From contig MU008159.1 of assembly GCA_010909165.1 (NCBI GenBank), positions 1,798,001 to 1,862,000 on the forward strand: DNA of 64,000 bases, read 5' to 3'. Position 1 is the stretch's first letter. Each line of letters opens with the position of its first letter. The notes below the pieces were generated by a model. That model searched no databases. It was not told the origin of the DNA and saw only the letters and a program-made list of their open reading frames with translations. The stretch is from Anthoceros angustus. Its lineage: Eukaryota > Plantae > Anthocerotophyta. Made by a program: the position numbers and the translations under genes. Positions 48,728 through 61,659 of this stretch are shown in pieces.

Positions 48728-51700
48728 TTTTCTACTGAACAGGTTACCCACCACTGCAGTTGAAGGCAAAACTCCTTATGAGGCTTTTACAGGCAGGAAG
48801 CCCTCTATTCAACACTTGAGGACCTTGGCCGTCAGCATATGCCTTCATCCCTAAGCGAAGCAGGATAAGTCGGATAAGGCACGCAAGCTGCTTATCTTTG
48901 GGGTATCTGAGAGGGATTAAAGCTTACAACCTATATGATGTCCCCACAAATAGAGTCATCTATGCTCGAGTGTTACATTTGATGAAACAAGTACTTGGGC
49001 GTCGGTGGGAGCACACACTCATGTTCCCACACACAGAGGCTGAGGAAACCTATGAACTCTCTCACTATGACTGATCATGGCACTCATGCTCATACTCCAC
49101 TGTTGAGGAACATGCTCCTGCGGGAGGGGAATCAGGCGATTAGGAGAAGAACAACGAACTTGACATTCAACACGAAATGCCCTTGCCGGATCTAGGATCA
49201 CATTCCTCAACCGGGATAGCGATCGATGATGCAACGGTGATCGATCGGGGATGCTCTTGACGAGGAATTCGAGGAAGTTGATGATGTACTTCTGCTGAAC
49301 TGAGCGAGCACGCCCGGCGTTACCTACACGTGAGCGTCGACCTCCGACTACTATCATGCACCGGACTTTAGGATTACATTCTCATAGCAAAGTTGCCCAA
49401 GGGCGTAAAAGGGTGTCATGTAAATGGGTCTTTAAATTGAAGGTCAAGAAGGGCCTAGGAGCATGAACCCATATGGTTCATGCCTCCTAGTGCATTCCCG
49501 CAGTTCATCCAAAGAAAAAGAGCAAAAGTCTAAAAACCCTTAAAACCCTAAAAATCACAAAAAGTCCAGTTTTTGAGGCAAGCCGCTTCTAAAATTTTTG
49601 ACAATTTTTGAATTATTTTGATATTTGTTTTTTAAAGGGTTCCTTTCGACGTTTTCAACCTTTTTGTGCACCTCCCTAATGTGGATATGTTCTTATCTTT
49701 ACTTAACCCTCATCTTTTTCTAGTGGTTAAAACTTTGAACTAGTAGTGAGAACCTTTTGCATCTTTTGAATCTTGAGGCGTTTGGCGTGGGCCCGACTCA
49801 AGTGCGACCATGCCACTCTCATTCTCTTGCATGTGGATCAAGAACATTAGGTCAACGAAGATATTATTGTCCCAATGTCTAAGAAACAAAGTCCTGTAAA
49901 ATTCTCAGAGCGAGAGTATAGTCTTAGGATTGAGTGGTATGAATGAAAGGTTGGTGCAAACAAGTTTGCGCACCAGAATTACAGCAAGCCCTAAAAACTC
50001 TAAACGTTTGTATACGTCCAACACCTGGCAATGATTGCCAGATGTTGGAGACTGTTTAGATGTAAGTGCGCGCATAAGTTTGTTTCTCGGTCCTGAAAGA
50101 AAAAGCCAACGAGAATGGGACTTTAGGTTTTGCCACGTACTTGCAATCTACAATCTCAAATAACGTGTATCAAAACAATTATTCAAAAGGTTGCGGTGAC
50201 ATGTCCGCAGAGAAATACCAAACGGTGATTATAGTGCGGATTTTTCAAGTGCAAAGGGGTCCGCCACGTCTGTGCAAAAAGGGTTTCGGAGAAACCCTTT
50301 CTAACAGACGCTGTTTTTCTCGAGCAGTTACCCACCGCAGCTTGAAGGCAAAACTCCTTATGAGGCTTTTGCAGCCCTCTATTCAACACTTGAGGACCTT
50401 CGGCTGTCTCGCATATGCCTTCATCCCTAAACAGAAACGGGATAAGCTGTCAGATAAGGCACGCAAGCTGCTTATGCTGGGGTATACAGAGGGGATTAAA
50501 GCTTACAACCTATATGATGTCCCCACAAATAGAGTCATCTATGCTCGGAGTGTTACATTTGATGAAACAAGTACTTGGGCGTCAGTGGGAGCACACACTC
50601 ATGTTCCCACACCTGAAGACAGTGAGGAAACCTATGAACTCTCTCACTATGACCTGACAGATCATGGCACTCATGCTCATACTCCACCTGTTGAGGAACA
50701 TGCTCCTGCAGGAGGGGGGAATCAGGCAGTATTAGGAGAAGAACAACCTGAACTTGACATTCAACACGAAATGCCCTTGCCGGATCTAGGATCACATTCC
50801 TCAACCAGGATAGCGATCGATGATGCAACGGTGATCAGATGCTACCGACGAGGAATTGAGGAAGTTGATGATGTACTTCTTTGAACTCGAGTTGTGAGCC
50901 CCGCCCGACGTTACCCTACACGTGAACGTCGACCTCCTGACTACTATCATGCACCAGACTTTAGGATTACCTGTTCTCATAGCAAAGTTGCCCAAGGGCA
51001 GAAAACTGGTGTCATGTAAATGGGTCTTTAAATTGAAGGTTAAGGCGGATGGATCGTTTAGCGGATACAAGGCGATTAGTTGCTAGAGGTTTCACACAAA
51101 TTCCGTTTAGATTACCTCGAAACCTTTGCTCCCGTCAAGCTTGCTACTTTTCGGACCATGTGTGCGATTGCTGCTGACAAGGACTACGAGCTCAGGATGT
51201 TTGATGTGAAGACGGCTTTCTTGCATGGAATCCTTGATACAGAGATCTACATGCAACAGCCACCTGGTTATGAGGTTAACGGCAAGGAGGATTATGCTTG
51301 TAAACTAATTAAGTGCCTCTATGGACTTAAGCAGTCCGCAATGAAATGGAATGCTGCACTGGATAAGGAGTTGCGAGCTCTAGGTTTTACAAAAAGTAAG
51401 GGCGATGACTTATCGTATACATCAAGAATGATGTAATGTCTACTTGCATTTATGTCGATGACCTCATCCTTGCAACGACTGGATTTTATCTCCTCGATCA
51501 CGAATCTGTTGGCACAAAAATTCAAGATGTCAGACCTTGGACCTTTGCAAAGTTGCTTAGGAATACACATTCAGCGCAACAGAGAAAAAAGGATCCTTAC
51601 CATGACTCAGCCCCGATATCTGCTGGAAAGTGCAGAGCAGTTAGGACTCAAAGATGCCAAACCTGCTGCAACACCTCTTCCAAGTGGTCTTAAGTTGAGC

Positions 51701-54316
51701 AAAGATATGTCACCAGTTACACAGTCTGAGAAGGACGATATGAGAAATGTGCCATACAGGCAAGGTGTGGGCAAACTCATATATGCTGCAAACACAACAC
51801 GACCAGAGGTAGCGTACTCGACAAGTGCTCATCCCGATTATCTAAAACCACAGGCGGACACATTGGACTTGTGTTAAGAGAGTTTTCCGGTGTCGAAAGG
51901 CACACCAAAGCGGGGTATTGTATACTCACAAAGATGGTGTGGCGGACCTCGGCGTATACACCGATTCGATTATGCGGTGACATAGATACGAGGAGGTCGG
52001 TTTGAGTTATGTGGTGAGCTATCTTTGGAGGACCTATTTGTTGGTCAAGCAAAAAGCAACCAGATTGCACTCTCAAGCACGAGGCGGAATCTGATGCCTG
52101 CTGCGTGAAGGAGGTTATTTGGCTAAAGCTGCTGTTTTGAGCTTGGCATTGAGTTGCTCGCTTGCACAAAATCGACCGACAACCAAGGGTCAATTGCACT
52201 AGCTGAAAATCCCGTTTTCCACTCGGGACAAAGCATGTGGCGTTGGAATACCCTTTGGATTAGAGAGCTACTAGCTGCAAGCACAATATCTACGGAATAC
52301 ATAGCAACTCAAGAAAACCCGGTGACATTTTCACAAAGGCTCTAGGGGATCTACATGAGAAGCATGTAAAGTTTTTAGGCCTAGGTGACTCCTCGGAGTC
52401 CCTAGGTAGTAGTGCATAAAGTCAAGTCATTCGGCAGCATTCTAGCTACGGCGAAGAAGAGCATTCCTCGTCGGTGTAGTCGTTGAAGTTTGTCTCATCA
52501 CGAGACTTCAAAGAATAGGAATCCCCATCGGACTCGATTCTCCAGGCAGTTGTGACTCTCCTCCTCATCTTGAAGGATCGGCTGCTATAGGGCGGTGGTT
52601 TTCCTCCACTCTCTCCTTGCACGGCACGAAATCACTCTTGATTGGAGGTTCGATTCTTCTTCCGGTATCGAAAGGCACACCAAAGCGGTGTGTATATACT
52701 CACAAAGATGGTGTGGCGGACCTCGGCGTATACACCGATTCGATTATGCGGTGACATAGATACGAGGAGGTCGGTTTGAGTTATGTGGTGAGCTATCTTT
52801 GGAGGACCTATTGTTGGTCAAGCAAAAAGCAACCAGATTGCACTCTCAAGCACGAGGCGGAATCTGATGCCTGCTGCGTGAAGGAGGTTATTTGGCTAAA
52901 GCTGCTGTTTTGAGCTTGGCATTGAGTTGCTCGCTTGCACAAAATCGACCGACAACCAAGGGTCAATTGCACTAGCTGAAAATCCCGTTTTCCACTCCGG
53001 GACAAAGCATGTGGCGTTGGAATACCCTTTGGATTAGAGAGCTACTAGCTGCAAGCACAATATCTACGGAATACATAGCAACTCAAGAAAACCCGGTGAC
53101 ATTTTCACAAAGGCTCTAGGGGATCTACATGAGAAGCATGTAAAGTTTTTAGGCCTAGGTGACTCCTCGGAGTCCCTAGGTAGTAGTGCATAAAGTCAAG
53201 TCATTCGGCAGCATTCTAGCTACGGCGAAGAAGAGCATTCCTCGTCGGTGTAGTCGTTGAAGTTTGTCTCATCACGAGACTTCAAAGAATAGGAATCCCC
53301 ATCGGACTCCGATTCTCCAGAATGCAAGTTGTGACTCTCCTCCTCATCTTCAGAAGGATCAGGGCTGCTATAGGAGCGGTGGTTTTTCCTCCACTCTCTC
53401 CTTGCCTGGCCTGAAATCCTGTCTTCAGATTGGAGGTTCGATTCTTCTTCCAGGCGTATGTTGGATCCTGCCATGGACAGTGGGAGCTTAGTATAGCATC
53501 TCACATGCACAACAATTAAAGATTGCAACGAGTATTGAAGCTGGGATCTTACTATAAGTGCTGACCACATGAAATGGGTAAGCCCAGCAGTTTTCGACCT
53601 TGACACGTCTCATCACGGCTTTGGTACTGCCCACATAAACCCTGTACCACAGAGGGCTGCGCGGATGCTTGATGGAGCCATAAGAGACGATCTGAGTCTC
53701 CTTGAATAGGTCTGCAGGCTTAGGAAAGCTAGGCTCTTCACAGGGGTTAGTCTCATTCTCAGAAAAGCCGAAATCAGGATTAACAGCATGGGCCTTTACT
53801 CTTGTCGCTTTGGAGTGCGGATGAGGCGGCACGTCTGTTGCGAGCCGCCCATGGGCTCACTTGCTGGCGTGGCGGCTCGCCTTGCTAGGACCTCCTTGGT
53901 GGTGCCTCGCGGCCTTCCACGAGGCGATTACCTTGGTACCCTGCGGTGGAGTGCTCACATCGTGAGGAACGGTGTTCTAGTTGTGGTAAACCCCATGCGG
54001 TCTCTAGTGATTTCTACGCTTGGTCTGGAGTCTCCAATCAGGCGAGACATGATGCTCACCTTCTCGCACTCCTTAGCCAGGATAATGAGAACTACACTCA
54101 AGCACGGGCGTATGCTATTGTTGAGTAAGCGCACCTTGGTGCACCACTTCACCTTGGGTGTCTCCATGCTTTTATTCGCCAAGGAGCTGGGGCGTAAGCT
54201 CAGTCTATGGTACTCCACGTGCAGCAACTAGGCCGAGTGCAGAGACAAGGGTCAAGGGACAACACAAGGAACCCACGCGAAGAGAAGGCGCACAAGTCAT
54301 GATCAACAAGTGGGAG

Positions 54317-54573
54317 TGAAGAAATAATTATTGTTTATGTGTTGACTCATGCTAGGGTTAGGTTACCTTAGTTTAGTTAACCTATCTGATGTGTAAACTG
54401 GGTCTAGTCACCTAGTACTCTTTCGGTAGGGTTGTGACTCTTACGAGTAGACGTAACACTTGGTATCTTAATTAGGTTGTTTTAAGCATAAGCAAGTTAC
54501 TCTTTATTGTGATCTTTCAATTCATTCAATAATGTAATTGTGTTTTATTAATTCAATTCACATAAAATCTTCA
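54317..54573 (+). repeat. 3' LTR of copia-2
   Basis: TG..CA, preceded by the PPT. Confidence 0.96.
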
Positions 54574-55077
54574 CCCCCTTGCGCTCAGTACCCGATTGTT
54601 TCGATCGGAGAGGTACGAAGAGGAAACGGGGATCGGGCGGACCGTGTCGCCCACGCGGAGGGGTTGCGGAAGGGTTGCTGTCCGCTGCCGTGGTGAGTAG
54701 AGCAACGGAGGCGCATTTGCAAGCGACGGGGGAAAAACATTCTCTTGGGAACGGACTCCATACTACTATGACACGGGACCGTGGTACGCCCTGCGGGACG
54801 ACAGCGAAAGTAGCACCACACCTAGCTACATCAGAAAAATAGATCACGCTATTTCTGATAGTTACACTCATCATTGAAGTAAATGAAAGGGGTGTCTTAG
54901 ATGATTGATTTTGTACCGATCGACTCAGCAATTTGAGATGTGATTGGTTTCAGGCATGTTATACCTTCTTGGAGGCATGTCATACCTTCTTGGAAGCATA
55001 ATCGTCGCTGGAACCGCACACCAAGAGCACAATAGAAATAGTTATTAAGATACTAGGTTATATGTCGCGCCCTCAAA

Positions 55078-55440
55078 CACATACACATGGATTGAGAAAG
55101 AATGAAGAGACACACATGGATTGAGAAATAATGAAGAGACACGCGGATTGAGAAAGAATGATGAGACACACTGGATTGAGAAAGATTGAAGAGGCACACA
55201 TTGATTGAGAAAGAACGAAGAGACACACATGAGTTGAGAAAGAATGAAGAGACACACATGAGTTGAGAAAGAATGAAGAGACACACATGGGTTGAGAAAG
55301 AATGAAGAGACACACATGGGCTGAGAAAGAAAAGAATGAAGAGACACACATGAGCTGAGAAAGAAAAGAATGAAGAGACACACAAGGGCTGAGAAAGAAT
55401 GAATTGACACAAATGGATCGAGAAGGAATGAAGAGACGAC
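55078..55440 (+). repeat. ~29-bp tandem repeat, about 12 copies
   Basis: cacacatgg.ttgagaaagaatgaagaga; no unique spacers. Confidence 0.95.
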
Positions 55441-55670
55441 ATTTGATTACGGTCCACTAAGGACGGATGATCGTCAGCGGACAAATCGGATAAATATATA
55501 GGTTGCGCATACTAAAGATCGGGCGCATACTAAAGACTACTTAAGTCTCTCGAAAGGTTCTCAGCGACTTTGTCGCAGAATGGTAGGCAGCAGCAAATTA
55601 GAGTCTGTTCCTACCTTTTCTGTGGTCATTGCTAACAATCAAGGAATCCTGATTTGGGAGGAAGCTCATT

Positions 55671-58600
55671 CTACAGCTTAGAGATGCTGCCTGGCAACAA
55701 GCCAAAGCACTTGAGCATGAAGGCATGGACGAATGCAACTTCCTTCAACCTGTCAAACCTGTATGGACCAAGCGCGCAATTAGAGTACAGACAGGAGGGC
55801 GAAGGTAGGGAAACCAGTGCTGCTGAAATCGCACGATTACCTCCCTGACTTTGAGAAATGGCCAGAGCCTAAGTCACATTTGAGAAGAAGCAGGTTGCTG
55901 TCCGTTTTCAGCTCTCGCAGCTTAGCCACGTACTTTGCCGGCTCCCAGTAGCCAACTCTCGGATCTGTTTACAACCCATCTTAAATCAGCATAGTTCGGT
56001 GGACAAACATTAAAAGGTTGAGTTGGACAAACATTGAAAGGTTGAGTTGATAGTCGAGGGCCATACCGTGAAGCCCTCCTGTTACGAGGATGTTTGGGTA
56101 GTTCCGAGGCTTAACCTGCGCAGACCTCACCAGTCAGAGTCTTTCCACATCCACAGTGCAGGAACGTCCAACGAAAAGAGTCTTAGATTCTGAAAGTTTA
56201 TCACTCACATTGTCCACAGGTGAATATGATTTCATGTATTTGTAGTATTCCTCAACATTAGGGTTGCCCCACTCCTGCCATGAGCGGACCATCAGGTAAA
56301 CGAGAGTATGGAAGAAAAACCATGTAGCATTGACTTGCATACTGGACGTTCCAAAAAAACGGCATGTTATGTTTGCTTACCTCATACTCGGCTGTTGTGA
56401 GAGGTATAGATGCATCGAGCATGGTAGTTATAAGATCGACGAAAGCCACTTCGGCAACAGCAGCTGAGAATAGGTCAGGTCTGAGAGACAGCACCCCTCC
56501 AATCAGCAGGCCCCCTGCGCTCCTTCCTTGAATGCATATTTTGTCCTTGGCACCGTACTTGTTGTCAAGCAAGTATTCAGCACAGGATATGAAGTCCAAG
56601 AATGTATTCTGCTTGCGCAGAAGTTTACCATCTTCGTACCACCTCCTGCCCATCTCTCCGCCTCCTCGTATGTGAGCAATGGCGTACACAACTCCACGAT
56701 CCAAAAGCTCCAATCTTGTTCCATCAAAGCTAGCATCTCGAGCTAACTGCAGTTACACGAAACAGATGTAATCTCAGGCCCGAAGCCTCTTGAAGCACTG
56801 AGTGGATGGAGTGGGAACGTACCTCGTAAGCCCCATAACCATAGAGTAACAGTGGATCTGTACCATCCAGCTTCACTAGGTCCTTTCTGTACACCAGAGA
56901 TATAGGAATTTGAACACCATCAGCTGCTGTAGCCCATTTTCTCTCTGTCTCATACTTTGTTAAGTCGAATCCTCCCAATACCTGCCAGACGTTTGCCACT
57001 CACTACTTATGGAAAACACACTAACATGCAAAAGCGGCAGGCAGTTTGCACAAGAAATGCACGTGCAAACTTTCTCTACAGTTTAAGCTTGTGCTGACAG
57101 AGCATACCGCTTCCGTTTTCTTGAGAACTGATCTATGTTCAACCAGATCATAGTCAGATACGGAGTGAGGAGTTCGAAGAGACGAGTATCCATATCGGGC
57201 AATGTGTGAATTGTACTGCGAAACTCGAGGGTACACAGAGTAGGCAGGTTCAGGAAACACAATCCTTTTCCCTTCAGACAAGCTGTCTATCGGCTCTCCT
57301 GCTGGCGGCAAAGCATGAACTGTGATTGTCTGCAAACCGTTTTCCCGTTCATATATGATAAGATGGTTCTCAGATGCCTGCACTGCTTGCAGCTTCACAC
57401 TGCATAAAGCAAGCATCCCAGAAGTTAATAGAGAGAAGAGAAGTGTGAAAACATGTGTGGTGAAACAGACATTGATGTGAAAATTACAGACCTCGGTCTA
57501 TGTTGAAGAATTACTCGCGTGTCGGTCACATTGTCCACTGGACAGACCAGTAATTCGGAGTTGAAAAACTCATCACTTCGTCTCGTGACAAAGAAATGAC
57601 CTCCCCTGTGCGTAACAGTGTGGTCCACTCCCTCCACTTTAGGCAGAAGAGGCTTCAGCCCACTGTTTGGATCACGAGTTGGCAGATACTGGTTGAAGGA
57701 AGTTGTCTTGCTTCCAGACACTACAAAGATATATTCTCTGCTTTCCGAAGAGTAGAGTTCTAGAAAGAACTCCACTTTGTCCTCAAAGTACAAGAGCACA
57801 TCTTCTGATTGCTCTGTACCGACCTTGTGGCTCCAAACCTGCAAACCATCCACACGCACACTATCGGGGCGTATGAGGGGGAGGAATCTACAGAACCTTC
57901 TCTCCACACCAGAGTGAGGGCGGAAGCAACAAACCTTGCAAGGACGATTGACATCATCTTGAGTGATATAAAGAACAGTCTCGTTATCTACCCACTCTAA
58001 ATACTCCGTTGCTCGCACAGTGAGGGCCTCACCAATGAATGCCTTACTATCTATGTCCACAATACGGAGGGTGTATACCTCGCCACCAGAGGTATCCTCC
58101 AGGAACGCATACAGCTTGTGGTTGGGGCTAACCTGTGAGAGCAAGAGAAGTGTTAGACAAAGCCACAACAAGGAAAGCTGGCATCAAGGCTCTGTTATCA
58201 AGTCAACCACAACTGTCCGGCAGAGTACCTGAAAGTTGCCCACGGAGTAAAATTCATGCTCCAAAGCCTTCTCATTCTCGTCCAGAAGGACCTCTTCCAG
58301 TGTGATATTGCTTGCAATGTCCACAACCTCATCAACAGTCCCAGGTCCCTCACCCCCGGGTATAGCCCGTCTGCAGTGGACCTTGTACTGCCTCCCTTCA
58401 TGAGTTTTGGTATAGTAGAAGTACGGTCCCCTCCTGAGTGGAACACTGAAGTCTTCCTCCTTTATCCTGCCCCGCATCTCCTGGTAAAGCAATTCCTGGA
58501 GATCGTTGGTATCTGCACACAACAACGAGAGTAGGTAGGTGCTTCCCCTGGAAAGACTCAGAGCGAATCAAGACAAGGACGAGCATTACCTGCCATCTGA

Positions 58601-59004
58601 GAAGCTGTGTATTCGTTCTCAGCAGCCAAGTAGGCCAGTACCTCGGGATCTTGGCGCTTGTCGTCTCTGAGCCAGTAGTAATTGTCCACTCTCACATCCC
58701 CGAAAAGCTCCATCTTGTGAGGCACCTTCTTGGGCACCGGGGGCTGGACCTGAGCGGGGGCAAGCTGGCTAGTGGTTTGCAACACCCTGGCCCCGGGGCC
58801 AGCCCCTCGAGGGGAGCAAGGTGCCATATCCGCGTTCCTGCCTGCACCACCCAAGCCTCCTCTCAACGTTCTGGGTGCAACTGCGGTGGACAGACGGCTC
58901 GCACCTCCACCGAACCCAAAATCCTCGGGCTTGGGCTTGAGCCTGGCCTGCAACGCTCCTAACCGACGGTGGAGCCTGGCTGCGAAAATGCCACAAGAGG
59001 ACAT
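55671..59004 (-). CDS. Oligopeptidase B / protease II (S9A), 11 exons, 795 aa: 59004-58590, 58512-58229, 58132-57935, 57838-57492, 57399-57108, 56981-56823, 56746-56381, 56274-56209, 56115-56067, 55964-55841, 55758-55671
   Basis: [43 protein letters not shown] (Ser), HDPRV (Asp), GSGH (His). All introns GT-AG with compatible phases; exon total 2388 nt. Ends in SKL*. Confidence 0.94.
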
Positions 59005-60094
59005 TATCAGAAAGAAGGCAGAAGCTGAATTCACACTCCTTTCCAAACAAGAAAGAGCGCCCAACCAGCACGTACTGGCAGAGGCGCGTGCAGCAGCAGA
59101 AACAGCCCAAAGGTTCAAACCCGCAGTTCCCAGGATAAGGCACTGAATGCAGGAGCGGGAGCGGCGGTGGGAGAGAAAAAAGAAATGGGGGTCGGATTTA
59201 GGATACGTGTGCACCGACAGCGCCACTCCAGGGCGGGGGACAGGAATGCGAAAGGAAAGGAAAGGCACCTGGTCGTGGAGAGCAGCAAGAGACAAGAGGC
59301 GAGGAAGCAGGCAGGCTCGCAGAAACGACACCAGGCGAAGAGCAAGCGTCGCAACCGGAGCCCACCGCAGTGGCAGCAAGCAATGAATTGGCACAGGGAG
59401 CGGAGAGCGACCCAGGAGCCGGACTCGAGGCCAGGAATGCGAATCTAAGCAACGCAGCTGCGCTTAAGTAAGGCCCGGAGAAGGAAGGGGAGGGAAGGCC
59501 CAAGCCCGAGAGCGAGCGAGGCCTGGGCCAGCAGTGAAGAGAGAAGGCAGCCCCGCGGCCATGCGGCCCGTGCCCAATCCAACTGTAGTGCATCTGGACA
59601 AGAGGCGAATGTAAGCGGGCAAGCAAGCTCCCAGCTAACAGGTTCCGACAGCCCGGAAAGTGCAACAGTCAGGAAACAGAAGCATGCCAGTGCTTGTTTC
59701 TCCAGGCTTGCAGCAAGGAAACTGGACAGATTATACCTTTGCACTCGCGACACCAAGCTGGGAAGTTCTAAGTGGGGCCGCCCGCGAAGGCTGCGAGTGT
59801 GCCAACCACGTGCCTCGTGAATTTAAGCTAAACAGGATTAAGCCCGGGTGTCGACAGGGTGACCACATACGCTGCATCCAGGATACTCTATGTCGACACC
59901 ACGCCCACATCACCGCGGACCCCGGCGGGCCCCGCGCCTGTGCTCCCTGCCTTCTTGCCTAGTGATGCGAATTCACGTCTCTGTTGGAGTGAAAGGCGTC
60001 AGGACAGAAAAGAATATCCTTGTGCTGCGGTTGGACAGCGTGCTACATACCAGACAGGAGAGAGCCAAGTTCACACTAGGAGGCCGCACCCGGT

Positions 60095-61659
60095 CTACAA
60101 TAGGTGGCGCCCGACGCGGACATCCGGCCTGGCGATTGCCAATCGCCGCCGCCTGCCTGTCGAGGCTTCCAGGAGCACGCTCAGGGACGCGTCCACGGCG
60201 TCGACGGACGCGTCTAGCGACCGCGTCCGAAGCTCTTGCTTGGTGTGGAGCTCCCGGAGCAGGGTTGCGGCTGCCGCGCCGGCCACGTGCGGTCCATGGA
60301 TGGTTGCGGCCTGTGAGGTGAACGGAGGTGCGGAAATGCAGTCGAGCATGAGGAAGATGGCGTTTGCGGATAAAATGCGGAATTCATGGAGCTCACCTCA
60401 GACCGTGCATGACAGGCAACGCAAGGCATGCTCTTGCCTGCCCAGGCGGCGCCCGCGTGGTCCAGCAGGTGACCACACTGTGAGGGGATGGGACAAGGAA
60501 GATGAGGACATGGAGTTGAGATCTCAAGTGTTCGGTGCGGTGAGGAAACCGTGTGGTGAGGCACCTGGATGCGACTGATCATGGCCTTGGAGTTGCTCCA
60601 CGTCCCGTCCATCAGGATGAAGCGCAAGGCTTCCTCGCTGTCATCCTGGAGTCGGGGTACGGGTTAGAAGTAGGGTAAGAGACGCCGGTCAGAGGGTGAT
60701 GTGGTGTGGTATATGCGTACCGTGACTGCGTCTGTCGCTAGTGCCGGAGGGATCCTGATGTGCTGGACGCCGAAATCAAGAGCAGACAGCTCGGGGAACA
60801 GGCACCATTCGTGATCTTGACCTGCGCCACACACATCACCATGGCCTTGGCGTTAAAGCACGGGCAACCTGACTACCCCTGGTGTTCAGGCAGCCCGGTG
60901 TGTCGCGTAGGACAGCGGGAAGGGATACCTGCCTGCTTGAAGGCGTCCCACATGGAGGCTTCTTGCTCTGGTATGCCGAAGATGCACAGCCGGGCGGAAC
61001 TAGGCCCGAACTCCTGCAACAGGAGCTTGCCCGTGTTGTTCTTCCTGAGGAAATCCTGGCCACAGCAAACATGTAGGATGAGCACCTTAGGGTTCTGGAT
61101 GGAACACTCTTCGCAGTGGTCCTTCCTACCATGGGATGCATGTACATCCAAAAGTTCACGCCCTTCCACAGAGAGACTGCCACCACGCTCTTGCACATGC
61201 AGTCTCCCAGCGGAAGCCAGCACTCCCATCACCACAACGAAAGGTTGGAGCACAGGTTCCCTGATATGACCAGCAGCGGAAAGTTAAGCGTCCATGCCAT
61301 CTGTCCACCTACGTCTGTGCAGATGTAGCCTGTGCTGCCAAGAATTCGGCAGGCGACCTGGCGAGCTGTGAAAGAATTGCTGCTTCGCCTCCTTGTCTGC
61401 GAGGGAGCGGTACAAGGCTCTGTCCCTAGCATCTTCTTCAGCTCCAGCACGCCCCTACATTTCCCCGTAGGGTTAGTCCGGTCTACCCGACGGACAATGC
61501 ATCTTCCAGTTCCATCGCTTCGACCTACGGCCTACCTTGATGGATGCACGGGGACCTCCAAACACGAACTCCTGTCCCAGTTCTTGCTCCAACGCCTTGA
61601 GCTTTCCGAATAATCTCCTCACCAGCGCTGGAGCTGTAGGGGATTTGGTGATGGCCCAC
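60095..61659 (-). pseudogene. DTW-domain protein (tRNA-uridine aminocarboxypropyltransferase, DTWD2/TapT-like), frameshifted and apparently 5'-truncated
   Basis: TARQVACRILGSTGYIC, CWLPLGDCMC, FWMYMHP, DFLRKNNTGKLL, FILMDGTWSNS, RPQPSMDRT. Frameshifts near 61372 and 60280. No in-frame start found. Confidence 0.85.

Larger units (their letters stand above)
45004..53163 (+). pseudogene. copia-2 gag-pol, frameshifted and interrupted
   Basis: RFNGNDFDIW, LLLSLPESW, CKHGHWEKEC, WYLDTGATAHIC, LWHARLGHP, LELVHTDLCGP, FDVKTAFLHG, LYGLKQ, YVDDL, DNQGSIALAENPVFHS. Confidence 0.93.
43633..54573 (+). mobile_element. Full-length Ty1/copia LTR retrotransposon (copia-2)
   Basis: Two near-identical LTRs TGAAGA..TCTTCA, PBS tggtatcgag at 43884, PPT caagtgggag at 54307-54316, gag-PR-IN-RT-RH order. 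Flanks tttcc|..|ccccc (TSD imperfect). Confidence 0.97.

Noticed and set aside
55078-55440. CRISPR-like ~29-bp repeat array
   Set aside because: Units are head-to-tail with no unique spacers, there are no cas genes, and the context is eukaryotic.
59005-59394. Extra 130-aa N-terminal extension of oligopeptidase B in the ORF track
   Set aside because: It starts at a non-ATG codon and reads like 5'UTR. The first in-frame ATG is at 59004.
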